Source: Octopus vulgaris (Eukaryota). Taken from it: a stretch of DNA of 64,000 nt. The translations under genes were made by a program, and so were the position numbers. Positions 1-12,701 of this stretch are shown in pieces (position 1 is the stretch's first letter; every line of letters begins with the position of its first letter). The notes beneath the pieces are model-generated. The model did not search any database. It was not told the DNA's origin and saw only the letters and a list, made by a program, of their open reading frames with translations. Location: the NCBI GenBank assembly GCA_951406725.2, contig OX597817.1, forward strand, positions 171,864,001 to 171,928,000, in the 5' to 3' direction.

Positions 1-607
1 TACAAGCAAAAGATGAAAAGATATTCCACATTCTACTATTTGAAATGAAGACAGGAGACATGTGAAAATGTGGTGCTTGATATCGAAGAAGAAGGACGGC
101 TACAGCTGGGAAGCTTTCAATCATAGGGTTGACTAAACAACAACTTGATTAAATTCAATACTTGATCAATATCAATACTTGATCAATATTTGATAAGCCA
201 GAAGAAATGTTTACAGAGTTACGTTGACATTGCATGGACGTCAAGAAACTGCCTATTACAGTATGCGTACCTATATGTATGAATGTATTTATCTAAATGT
301 GTATGTGTATATGTATATACATATGACCTTTTGAAAGTATGCATGTATATATGCATACATACATGCATACATACATACATACATACATACATGCATACAT
401 ATGTAGGCGTAGGAGTGGCCGTGTGATAAGTTGCTTGCTTATGAACCACATGGTTCTGGGTGCAGTCCCACTGCGTGGCACCTTGGGCGAGTGTCTTCTA
501 CTATAGCCTCGGGCCGACCAAAGCCTTGTGAGTGGATTTGGTAGACGGAAACTGAAAGAAGACCGTCATATATATTTATATATATATATATATATATGTG
601 TATATAT

Positions 608-670
<63 letters not shown>

Positions 671-671
<1 letters not shown>

Positions 672-915
672 CATTATTAGTGAATTGAAGAAATGGAGCT
701 GAACGCAGATTGAACAGAAATCGTTTTATTCCAACGGATTTCCTATTTTCTTCCTGAAGAGAAAGACACAATATGGTCCCATTATTCCATCGGATTTTGG
801 TAATTTGTGCCTTTCGAAACACGTGTAGAATGAAATAAAACGATTTCTGTTCAAAAAAACGGTTAAACTTTTGATTAATCTACTACAAGATTATTCATCT
901 TTCTATTTCACATAA
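671..915 (+). mobile_element. Penelope-like element terminal remnant carrying a hammerhead ribozyme, inserted in (TA)n
   Basis: Unique 245-bp island flanked by (TA)n; 24-bp inverted repeats at 710-733 and 831-854; hammerhead core between them. Confidence 0.65.
746..835 (+). ncRNA. Type I hammerhead ribozyme (minimal stem III, long stem II)
   Basis: CTGAAGA 754-760; stem II GAAAGACACAA (761-771) pairs with TTGTGCCTTTC (805-815); GAAAC 816-820; loop ACGT; GTA 825-827; stem I TTC/GAA extendable with a bulge. Confidence 0.75.
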
Positions 916-922
916 TTATATA

Positions 923-985
<63 letters not shown>

Positions 986-1087
986 CATATATATATAATA
1001 TATATACATATATATATATATAATATATATACATATATATATAATATATATACATATATATATTATATATATATGTATATATATATG

Positions 1088-1127
<40 letters not shown>

Positions 1128-1937
1128 TATGTATGTATGTGTGTGTATATGTTTGTGTGTCCGTGTTTGTTCCCCCAACGTCGCTTGACAACCGATGCTG
1201 GTGTGTTTACGTCCCCATAACTTAGGGGTTCACTTAAAGAGCCCGATAGAATGAGTACTAGGCTGACAAAGAATAAGTTCTGGGATTGATTTGCTTGACT
1301 AAAAGGTGGTGCTCCAGCATGGCCACATTCAAATGACTTAAATGCGTAAAAGAGTATATGTACGTACATACATACATATGTATAAGTGAGGGTAGAATTT
1401 GTAGGTGAGTGTGTCTATGAAAGGTGCTTGAGTACATGCATTTATGTGCATGTGCATATGTCGATTTGTGAATATTTGCATATGCATGAATGTATCTGCC
1501 TCTATATAGTCATTCATCCTGCTAGAAATAGCAACCCCCCAAAAGACACCATCTGTATATCACTACATCCTGTACAACATTCAACTCACTTGGTTTATCT
1601 CTCCTACTACTTTCTGTCTACATATGCATCCACATACAGTCATCTCAAAAGAGAAAGAACATATTAGATGGTGTAGTCCTAGATACACACATGCATCTGT
1701 CTAAAATGTAGACTAACCATTATATAGTAGCCCTGATTCACTGAGCTGACGTGTGGCGAAATAATAACACAATAGCAAGAAAAATATGTAAAAACACAGC
1801 CACACCTATGACTTGTATTAATATGTGTATATATGTAGATTATCACAAAATTATTATTATTAATTTTAAATAATGTGGTATAGTAAATGACATAGATGAG
1901 GAATGGCAATATGGTAGATGTACTTCACTACAAGTAA

Positions 1938-2246
1938 AGGCTCATGGCATAGTGTTTAGGGCATTCAGCTCATGTTTGTAAGGTCATGAGTTCAATTCCT
2001 GGCAATGCATTGTGTCCTTGAGCAAGATACTTTATTTCATGTTGCTCCAGTCCACTCAGCTGGCAAAAATGAGTAGTACCTGTATTTAAAAGGGTTGGTT
2101 TTGTCACATTCTGTGTCATGCTGAATCTCCCTGAGAACTACTTTGAAGTGTCTGTGGAGTGCTCAGCCACTTGCACATTAATTTCACAAGCAGGTTGTTC
2201 TGTTGATCGGATCAATTAGAACCCTTGTAATTGTAAATGACAGAGT
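1938..2246 (+). mobile_element. SINE family C (tRNA-derived), variant tail
   Basis: A-box-like TGGCATAGTGTTTAG, B-box-like GAGTTCAATTCC, then TCCTTGAGCAAGATACTT...CTCCAGTCCACTCAGC; homologous to 38558-38878. Confidence 0.75.
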
Positions 2247-2247
2247 G

Positions 2248-2466
2248 GGCAGAGTCGTTAGCATGCCGGGCGAAATGCTTAGCAGTATTTCGTCTGCCGT
2301 TACGTTCTGAGTTCAAATTCCGCCATGGTAGTCTTTGCCTTTCATCCTTTCGGGGTCGATAAATTAAGTACCAGTTATGCACTGGGGTCGATCTAATCGA
2401 CTTAATCCCTTTGTCTATCCTTGTTTGTCCCCTCTATGTTTAGCCCCTTGTGGGCAATAAAGAAAT
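2248..2466 (+). mobile_element. SINE family B monomer, slightly 5'-truncated
   Basis: GTTAGCATGCCGGGCGAAATGC...GAGTTCAAATTCC...CTTTGCCTTTCATCCTTTCGGGGTCGATAAATTAAGTACCAG...CCCCTTGTGGGCAATAAAGAAATA. Confidence 0.85.
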
Positions 2467-3304
2467 AAAAGAGCCAGTTCACTACAGATTTGTTACACAT
2501 TGACAACATGTAACGATAAAAACAGAAGCTAAAACAATAGTGTAGTATGTGTGTATGTTTATGCGTCTGTGTGTATGTATGTGTGCGTGTGTCTGTGTGT
2601 GTACATGCATGCATATATTTAGCTGCCTGAATAAACACATGGATGCAGGGAAACTCAGAGTACTAACAGAGCGAATAATCAGCTCTGAAGAAATACATAA
2701 ATTTCAGGATACATATTAAGTATATTTTCTCCCATTCGCACATATATAAAAAGAGCATGCATGTGTTATACACACATAAATAAATATATATACCTACATA
2801 TACATATATGAGTGTGTGTGTGTGTATGAGTGTATGTATATATACGAGTGTGAATGTATGCATTACTTCTGTTCCACGTGACTGTTTCAATGAAGCACAA
2901 AACATGATTACTGTAGCTGTATACTTTGCTGGTCTTAGGATTCCACATTGCACTTTATATGTTTATTTCCGTTCTATTCACTCGATCTTTGAATCAAGTT
3001 TATATATATGTGTATAAATGTGTTGTGTGTGTGTGAGATATATATATAGAGAGAGAGTGTGTCTGTGTGCATGTATGTATGTACACTTAGATGGAATTTT
3101 TTGCCAAAAACCTAGAACAAATGGTTTTATACTGTTACTAGGTTTTCAATTTAAATTCCATTAAAATATTTATTTTCTACTTTCCCAGTGTTGAGCACAT
3201 ACATACATACATACATAATCATCATCATTATCATCATCATCATTATTATGCAATGGGTTACAGTTCTAACACTGGAAAAGGAAACGTAATAGAATATCAA
3301 TAAG

Positions 3305-3910
3305 AAGGTATGATTGGGTGGTCAAGAAACTTACTTTCTTACCACATGATTTCAAGTTCAATCCCATTTCATGGTGTACCTTGAACAAGTGTCTTCTACC
3401 ACAACCCTAGGTGAGTGAATTTGGTAGATGGACGCTGAGTGGAAGCCCATCATATATATATATATATATATGGAGAATTCACGAAAAACACAAAAGACGA
3501 AGACAGGTGGTGTAGACAACAAACAGATGTATTAGTATAACGCTTGGGAAGTGAAAAAGTCTTTAACATTTCGAGCCTACGCTCTTCCTCGGAAAGGAAC
3601 ACAGAAAGAAACAAGGAGAGAAAATAAAGAATGTGTAGTGGCTAGCGATCCATCATGGCGAATACTATACAAATAGATAGAAAGAGAGATAGAAGGAGAA
3701 GTGTGTGTGTTTCTTTCTCTTTGTGTTGCTCTTCCCTCATTTGACAACTGATGTTGGTTTGTTTACATTTCCCATAACTTAGTAGTTCAGCAAAAAAAAA
3801 AAAAACAACAGAAAAAGCCCCAGATTTTAAAACAAAACAAAATTTGGTATTAAACTAAACTCTTCAAGGTCGTGACCCAGCATGGAAACAGTCCAATGAT
3901 AAAATAACAA
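3305..3910 (+). mobile_element. Degenerate SINE family A with a nested insert at about 3472-3665
   Basis: Diverged head and tail motifs of family A flank a foreign segment that follows a (TA)n tract. Confidence 0.65.
3472..3665 (-). mobile_element. Probable Penelope-like terminal remnant with a degenerate hammerhead-like motif
   Basis: Minus strand reads GAAGAGCGTAGGCTCGAAATGTTAAAG (about 3560-3590); adjoins (TA)n. Confidence 0.4.
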
Positions 3911-4182
3911 TGGCAAAAGCCCTCCACAAATAACAGAACCCCTAGCCCTATATTCAGGTTTTAAAATGTTATTAGTGAAAGTAGGTTATGATGGCCATAC
4001 TACAGCAGGTTGTCTGAAAACAATGTATGTAGAGCAACTCAGCAAAGACATCAGATGCCCCCTTGAAGACCTTCCTCAACTAATGCAGGATGGTGTGCAT
4101 GGGTTAAAAAAAGCTTGACCAAATGACAATAAGGCTACAATATGATTTTTTATTTTAGCTATTGGATAAGTGAGTGTATTAT

Positions 4183-4459
4183 TCCCCCTCTGCTGTTCAG
4201 ATTACTCTGTCAAATGAAATACTAATTTATTCACATTGTTTTGAATTAAACATGTATTATCATTGGCGTAGGAGTGGTTGTGTGGTAAGTAGCTTGCTTA
4301 CCAACCACATGGTTCTGGGTTCGGTCCCACTGCGTGGCACCTTGGGCAAGTGTCTTCTACTATAGCCTCGGGCCGACCAAAGCCTTGTGAGTGGATTTGG
4401 TAGACGGAAACTGAAAGAAGCCTGTCGTATATATATGTATGTATATATATATTTGTGCA

Positions 4460-4497
<38 letters not shown>

Positions 4498-4836
4498 CCC
4501 CCCTCCCCCACATCGCTTGACAACCGATGCTGGTGTGTTTATGTTCCCGTAACTTAGCGGTTCGGCAAAAGAGACCGATAGAATAAGTACTAGGCTTACA
4601 AAGAATAAGTCCTGGGGTCGATTTGCTCGACTAAAAGTGGTGCTCCAGCATGGCCACAGTCAAATGACTGAAACAAGTAAAAAGAGTAAAAGAGTATCTC
4701 ACAGCTTTAAGATATGATTGTATATGACTGAACATTTTGATTGTATGTTTTTAGAATGACATTTGTTGGGTAGGTGTGAGAGGCAGAATCTGGCCAGTTT
4801 GAACTGGATATGACTGGTTTAAATGCTAAAGGCTGA
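4183..4836 (-). mobile_element. piggyBac-like MITE interrupted by SINE A
   Basis: Ends in AATGCTAAAGG; body homologous to 42232-42454 and 52622-53112. Confidence 0.55.
4265..4694 (+). mobile_element. SINE family A, full length
   Basis: Near-consensus head, central (TA)/(TG) tract and tail ending GTAAAAGAG. Confidence 0.9.
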
Positions 4837-5134
4837 AGCTGATTGTCAGAGCTGGACAAATTTTAAACAATATTTACATATAAGTAGAGTAGACATGAGT
4901 ACTGAACAGAAAATTTTCCATCACTAAAAATGAGGTTAATTGTCTAAGAAGAATTATTATTTATTGACAAGAATAATAACTTATCTTAAGACATTTAGGT
5001 CATGGTATTCCAAGAAATGTTATTTCAGTTTTGGTATTCCATAAAAAAAAAAAGATAACTGTTATTTGGGTTACTGTATTCTATAAAAATGCCAATACTT
5101 CAGCAATACAGCATTCAATGGCAATACCAAGAAT

Positions 5135-5346
5135 GGATGATGATGATGATGATGATGATGGTGAGCAGAAAGAGGAGGAGGAGGAGGATAATAATGTCAA
5201 TTGCAAATATAATGGAAGACAGAACAATGATGAAGATACTAATGGTAACACTAACAATGATGGTGAGGATAATGGCAACGATGATGGTGATGAGGATGAT
5301 GAGGACAATAAGGATGACGATGATCATGATGTCGACAATGGTAATC

Positions 5347-5378
<32 letters not shown>

Positions 5379-5771
5379 CATCATCATCATGGTGTGGATT
5401 TTTAAGATTTAAAAGTAAAAGTAGGCCATGTGTTTTTTAACAAAATGCTTACACTAGATGGCAGCATTGTTGAAGAAGAAGAAGAAGAAGAAGAAGAAGA
5501 AGAAGAAGAAGAAGAAGAAGAAGAAGAAGAAGAAGAAGAAGAAGAAGAAGAAGAAGAAGAAGAAGAAGAAGAAGAAGAAGAAGAAGAAGAAGAAGAAGAA
5601 GAAGAAGAAGATGCTGATGACGACAACAACGATGACGATGATAATAACAATGATGATGTGAAGAAGAACGAGGAGGAGGAAGAGGAGGAGGAGAAGAAGA
5701 AGAAGAAAAAGAAGAAGAAGAAGAAAGTGGCAGTGGTGGTGGTGTTGGTGGTGGTGGTAGTGGTGACGGCA

Positions 5772-5806
<35 letters not shown>

Positions 5807-5990
5807 AATGATGATGATGATGACATACCTAAGAAGGTGATAGCAACAATGACAAATATGAGGATTATAGCAATAATGGTGGCGATAGTAGTAGTGGCGG
5901 TGGTGATAGTGGTGATGGTGGTGCTGGCGGTGGTGGTGGTGGTGGTGGTAATGGCAGCAATGGCAGCAGTAGTAATATAATGATAACGAT
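5135..5990. repeat. Compound trinucleotide microsatellite field including a perfect (GAA)46 at 5472-5609
   Basis: Successive (GAT)n, (GAG)n, (CAT)n, (GAA)n and (GGT)n tracts read directly. Confidence 0.95.
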
Positions 5991-6282
5991 GACCTACAGA
6001 GGAAAAAAGTAAATTGGTGAGAGTAAGTCATTTAAAGAATCAGCATATCAGCTTGTTTTGAGAGTCAGAACGAACGATACAAATTATTAGGCTTAATGTG
6101 AATGATGACAACAGCTGGCAGCGGAAGATGAAAGGGAAGAGCGGAGAAAATGAATGCACAGTTCAAATGATGTCAAAATTAATGACTACGTGATTTGATG
6201 GGTGTATTAGCATATATACATACATACACATATATATATATACACACACATATATATATATACATTTATATATGTAGATATA

Positions 6283-6331
<49 letters not shown>

Positions 6332-6501
6332 TTATATATGTAGATATATATATGTGTATATATATATATATATATACATATATATATGTACATATATATA
6401 TGCATATATATATTTATATATGTACGTATATATATATGCATATATGTTTATATATGTATTCATATATATATATTCACATGCACATATATACACATATGCA
6501 C

Positions 6502-6757
6502 AACACACTCTTTGTGGTAAGGCGATTTGACGTCTATCTCTAGCATATAGGAATCCACTTTAGTGGTCATTCCTCTTATTAATTGTTATACACAATATAT
6601 CATCATGATCATCATCATCATCAAAAGTGGACGTTAAATGATGATGATGATGATGATGATATATTGTGTATAACAATTAATAAGAGGAATGACCACTAAA
6701 GTGGATTCCTAAATGCTAGAGATAGACGTCAAATCGCCTTACCACAAAGAGTGTGTT
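6502..6757. repeat. Long inverted repeat (fold-back) with arms of about 115 bp
   Basis: AACACACTCTTTGTGGTAAGGCG... is mirrored by ...CGCCTTACCACAAAGAGTGTGTT; one mismatch seen in the unique part; (CAT)n/(GAT)n inner arms. Confidence 0.95.
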
Positions 6758-6954
6758 CTCAAGAAGAAAAAAACAGCAAATGAGAAAATGTAAAAAAATA
6801 AGCAAGGCAAATGAAAAATTTACAAACTAAAACGATTACCTATGTATCGTGATTTCATTATAAATACTTGCAAAATGTTTTCTACCTTCATTATTTAATA
6901 GATTGTGTATATGTAGATATATGCACATATAAATATGTATATATTTTGTGTGTG

Positions 6955-7029
<75 letters not shown>

Positions 7030-7066
7030 ATATATATGTATATACATATATATATACATATATATA

Positions 7067-7216
7067 TTAAGGTATGTAGAAAAATACAACATGGACAAGA
7101 ACGTATAACTCTTAGAAGACGACACAATAAACACGGACAGGACATTCGAAACCCTCAGTCTTCAGTCAAGAACCGGATCATCGTAGTAATTTCGGCTGAT
7201 TAATCTTGAGATTACT
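7067..7216 (-). mobile_element. Short insert in (TA)n, probable Penelope-like remnant
   Basis: TA-flanked on both sides; minus strand CTGAAGA...TTCGAATGTC and CAGCCGAAATTACTA resemble degenerate hammerhead halves. Confidence 0.35.
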
Positions 7217-7380
7217 ATATATATATATATATATATAAAACATATATATTGTATGTATATGCATGTGTACATATATGTGTGTGTGTGTGTGTGTATTTAA
7301 ACCCATACACATATCTATTTAGTCATTAATTTGATTATCCTTTGTTTATGTGTCAGTGTGTCTGACAAATAATAGGTAAA

Positions 7381-7570
<190 letters not shown>

Positions 7571-7964
7571 AATACTCAGACAGCCAGATACAGATGTACA
7601 GAGACAGGTAAGCAGGTGAGATTGTAGAGAAACAGATTTATAGAATCACATTTAAATAGTTGGGTAGTTTTATTCTTCAAAAATTGAAACCATACCAGAA
7701 CTAATTCTTAGAGAGACAAAAAAAAAATGAAAGAAAGACAGAAAGAAAGAAAGAAGGAAAATCTCTTCAAAAAATAAACGCACTCAGACATACTTACGCA
7801 TAGATGAGAGAGAAAGAGAGGAAGAGAGAGAGAAAGAGAAATACAGAATTGAATTGGCTTTTACTAGTCAGATGTGCAGAACCAGAATCATCCTCTGGGA
7901 CGGAGCATACAGAACATATCACATTTACCTTCTCTGTTTCGATGTCTGCTTCTCTCTCTCATTC

Positions 7965-8012
<48 letters not shown>

Positions 8013-8089
8013 GTAGAGAGAGAGAGCTTTACATATACAGATATATAGACAGCTGATAGAAAATGGAATTAGCAAAATTCTTTTATTTT

Positions 8090-8200
8090 AATTCACTACA
8101 ATTGTTTCGACACATTCTTACACCTTTAGTACGTAGGTGAGATGTTATACAATCATTATCTTACATCCAAGGTGTAAAATGTCCCTCCTCAGTTGATTGT
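8090..8200 (-). ncRNA. Type I hammerhead ribozyme with intact core and degenerate stem I, inside a Penelope-like remnant (about 8055-8345)
   Basis: Minus strand: CTGAGGA, long stem II ACATTTTACACCTT/AAGGTGTAAGAATGT, GAAAC, loop AATT, GTA. Confidence 0.6.
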
Positions 8201-8535
8201 TTAAATAAGTTCTTTATTCGATTCTTTCACCATTTCACCCAGTCTGGTAATGAAGATCTTCAGTGATGTGACATTTCCAGCAGTTTACAGCAGACAAACT
8301 TTGCATAACATACCATTCTACAAAGTTTTTACCCAAATTTTACTTTACTATATATATATATATATATATTTGTGTGTGTGTTTGTGTGTGTATGTGTGTG
8401 TGTGTATGTATATATGTTTGTATGTATATTTACTCTTTTACCTGTTTCAGTCATTTGACTGCGGCCATGCTGGAGTACCGCCTTAGTGGATCCTAGCCAT
8501 CCCTCTCTTATATATATATATATATATATATATAT

Positions 8536-8770
8536 ACTCTTTACTCTTTTACTCTTTTACTTGTTTCAGTCATTTGACTGCGGCCATGCTGGAGCACCGC
8601 CTTTAGTCGAGCAAATCGACCCCAGGACTTATTCTCTGTAAGCCTAGTACTTATTCTATCAGTATTTTGCTGAACTGCTAAGTTACGGGGACGTAAACAC
8701 ACCAGCATCGGTTGTCAAGCGATGTTGAGGGGACAAACACAGACACACAAACATACACACACACACACAC
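8536..8770 (-). mobile_element. SINE family A, 3' half
   Basis: Reverse complement of the family A tail. Confidence 0.85.
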
Positions 8771-8848
8771 ACACATACATACATATATATACATTACTGC
8801 TCTAACTTTTCAGAGTGTGCTTCTGTTTCAGATATATGATCCCCTGAC

Positions 8849-8883
<35 letters not shown>

Positions 8884-9079
8884 ATGTGTGTGTGTGTGTG
8901 TGTGTGTATGTGTGTGTGTGTGCATTTCAACGTGTATATATAGTGTATAAAATGTTGTGGGATGATAAGTCAATACTACCAACCCTAGTACTTGGCTGGT
9001 ATTTTATTTTATCCACCCTTGTGGGATTTGAACTCAGGGCTTTTTTCCTAGCACTCCAATGATTCTGAAAAAACACTGC

Positions 9080-9401
9080 AATGATGATGATGATGATAAT
9101 GGAAAATGATGATGATGATGATGATGGTGAAGATGAAGACATTTATGATGATGATAGATGACGTTGCCATCATTGATGATGACGATGATGATGATGATGA
9201 TGATGACGATGATGATGACGATGATGATGATGATGATGATGATGACGATGACGATGATGATGATGATGATAATGGAAAATGATGGTGATGAGAATGATGA
9301 TGTTGATGATGATGATGATGAAGACATTTATGATGATGATAGATGACGTTGCCATCATTGATGATGATGACAATGATGATGACGATGACGATGATGATGA
9401 C

Positions 9402-9439
<38 letters not shown>

Positions 9440-9522
9440 CGATGATGATGATGACGATGACGATGATGATGATGATGATGATGATGACGATGACAATGAT
9501 GACGATGATTATAATGATGATG
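9080..9522. repeat. (GAT/GAC)n field with an approximately 185-bp tandem duplication
   Basis: GAAGACATTTATGATGATGATAGATGACGTTGCCATCATTG occurs at about 9135 and 9320. Confidence 0.9.
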
Positions 9523-9823
9523 CTATACATAAGTAAATATATAGATGAAAAAAAAAAGTCCTGCTGTATCCGATGAAAATCCAAATTATATATGCTGATC
9601 AGACAGATATCTGTGACATGACATGAGCAAAAGTGTATAAGATCTAGACTTAATTGCTATTTCAAGTAACTTATTCTTAAACAAAAACAGACACACAGTA
9701 GCAGTAGCAGTAGTAGTAGTAGTAGTAGTAGTAGCAGCCGCAGTAACGGTTGATTTGTAGATTTAAAAGAAAAAGAGGAAAAAATAATGTGAAATAGTAT
9801 ACATGCACACATATATATTCATA

Positions 9824-10460
<637 letters not shown>

Positions 10461-10860
10461 TATATATGAGGATTGGCAGTCCTCACTGGCCTTAGGAATG
10501 TTTGAACTTATCATCTTGAATACTGAAGATAAGAGCATTAACCCATTGAGTATTGCGTGATATATTTTGGTTTAAATTTTAACCAAAACATCCCCTTAAA
10601 CACCAATAGGAAACAATCCCAGGTGAGGTGAACCTTCACATGTCGCTTGACCTGTAAGAAACACTGACTAATACATTCCTCAAAGCATAGGCCAGGCTGT
10701 CTTGGAAAAAGAGAACAAATGATAGCGATCTCATTGAGTGCTACCATGTGTGTGCAACTCCCTCTCACTCCCCCTCTCTCTCTCTCTCTGCCACTGTCTT
10801 TGGTTGTGCATTAGCATGTAAAAGGAATTTGATAGAAGCAAACTGTCCAGATGTGCATTG

Positions 10861-10931
<71 letters not shown>

Positions 10932-11024
10932 TATGTATGTTTATCTATCCATCTATCTATCTATATATATATATGTATACATATTCATATATGTATGTGT
11001 GTGTGTACATATATATAGACATAC

Positions 11025-11083
<59 letters not shown>

Positions 11084-11111
11084 GAATGGTTGTATACTGT
11101 CAATTTAGAAA

Positions 11112-11190
<79 letters not shown>

Positions 11191-11463
11191 TGTATGTATG
11201 TAGGTACAATGTGCATATACCTTTTGATGATGTATTTCAGCAAATGATCTAACCATCTGTGAGCTGAGGAGGAGGAGGAGGGAGGGAGGAGGAGGAGAAG
11301 AGGAGGAGGAGGAGATACAGCAAAGGCAAGATGAAATGTGAAAGAATAATGACTAAAGATAAAAGAGTGAAGTAAAAAAAAACTAAAACAAAAACAACAA
11401 AAAAACAAAAACAGATAGAAATGAAGAACAAAATATGATTGCAGGAGAACATGTGAGGGTGAG

Positions 11464-11536
<73 letters not shown>

Positions 11537-11836
11537 CATAACACACAAAAAAGCAAAACAAACAACAACACACAGTAAGGTGTGGTGGAGAGAAAGGCAA
11601 GAGCGGTGCTTCCCAACTAACTTTACTCAGGTTACAGGTACTGATGGAATGTTTTCACATGTTCTCACATATTTCTCACCTATCTTTATCATGAAAAAGT
11701 AAAAAAAAAAGAAAAAAACTAGCTGCCTGACCATCTTACCAAAGTTATATGCAGAATATGTGTGTGTTTCTGTAGAAAAATTTGTGTTTTGAATATAAAT
11801 ACATACATATATATATATAAGTAATTTGTATGTATA

Positions 11837-11914
<78 letters not shown>

Positions 11915-11918
<4 letters not shown>

Positions 11919-12127
11919 AACACATAAATGTGAAACAAGGTGGAAAAAAGAGTACTCAAATACCAGTGGTAGAGTAATATGCTTTATTTTATATCAACAA
12001 ATTTATTGAGTTTTTATTCATCAGACAGTTTTTATAGAATGGCAATTCTAGCAAAAACTGTCTGATGAACGGCAACGATAAACTCAGAGTAACAGATTTT
12101 GTTGATTTTTCTGCTGCTTAAAATAAA

Positions 12128-12130
<3 letters not shown>
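11915..12130 (+). mobile_element. Penelope-like terminal remnant with an inverted duplication and a degenerate hammerhead
   Basis: Palindrome 12017-12069; CTGT-CTGATGA (12062-12068)...AAACTCAGAGTA-ACAG; (TA)n on both sides. Confidence 0.55.
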
Positions 12131-12201
<71 letters not shown>

Positions 12202-12654
12202 ATTTGTATGTATATATATTGAGTTAGAGAGTTTGTGTGGACATACTTTTCTTTACTTATATATATATATATGTATGTATATATGTATGTATATATATAT
12301 ATGTATATATAAACGCATTCTGTTCATTGTAGCTTGAATCTACATATTTACAATATATTTATAGAGATATATTTCATATATATGTGTGTATGTGTGTGTG
12401 TGACTGTGTGTGTGCATGTGAGAGAGAGAAAGAAAGAGAGAGAGAGAGAGAATGACAGCGAGAGAGAAGGAGAAAGAGAAAGAGAGAGAGAAGGAGAGAG
12501 AGAAACAGAGAGAGAGAGAGAGACAGAGTGGAGATCACACACACAAGCCAGCATACCCAGGTAGATTTTTGTAAAGATTACTAAAATGAAACATATATTA
12601 TATATGTATGTGTGCATATGTCTGTGTGTGTATAAAAATATGAATATATACATA

Positions 12655-12692
<38 letters not shown>

Positions 12693-12701
12693 CGAAATAA
12701 A

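Larger units (their letters stand above)
406..1354 (+). mobile_element. SINE family A (tRNA-like head, internal TA/TG microsatellite, conserved tail), interrupted by an insert at 671-915
   Basis: Head GGCGTAGGAGTGGCCGTGTGATAAG...CACCTTGGGCGAGTGTCTT and tail ...GCTCCAGCATGGCCAC...GTAAAAGAG; more than 12 homologous copies occur in the window. Confidence 0.85.

Noticed and set aside
4265-4340. Functional tRNA genes at SINE heads (also 39052, 42523)
   Set aside because: A/B-box-like motifs are present, but there is no complete cloverleaf and each head continues into a dispersed repeat body.
5031-6031. Acidic, poly-His and poly-Ser ORFs as a real protein
   Set aside because: Open frames on both strands arise from trinucleotide tracts; there is no domain content or convincing splice structure.
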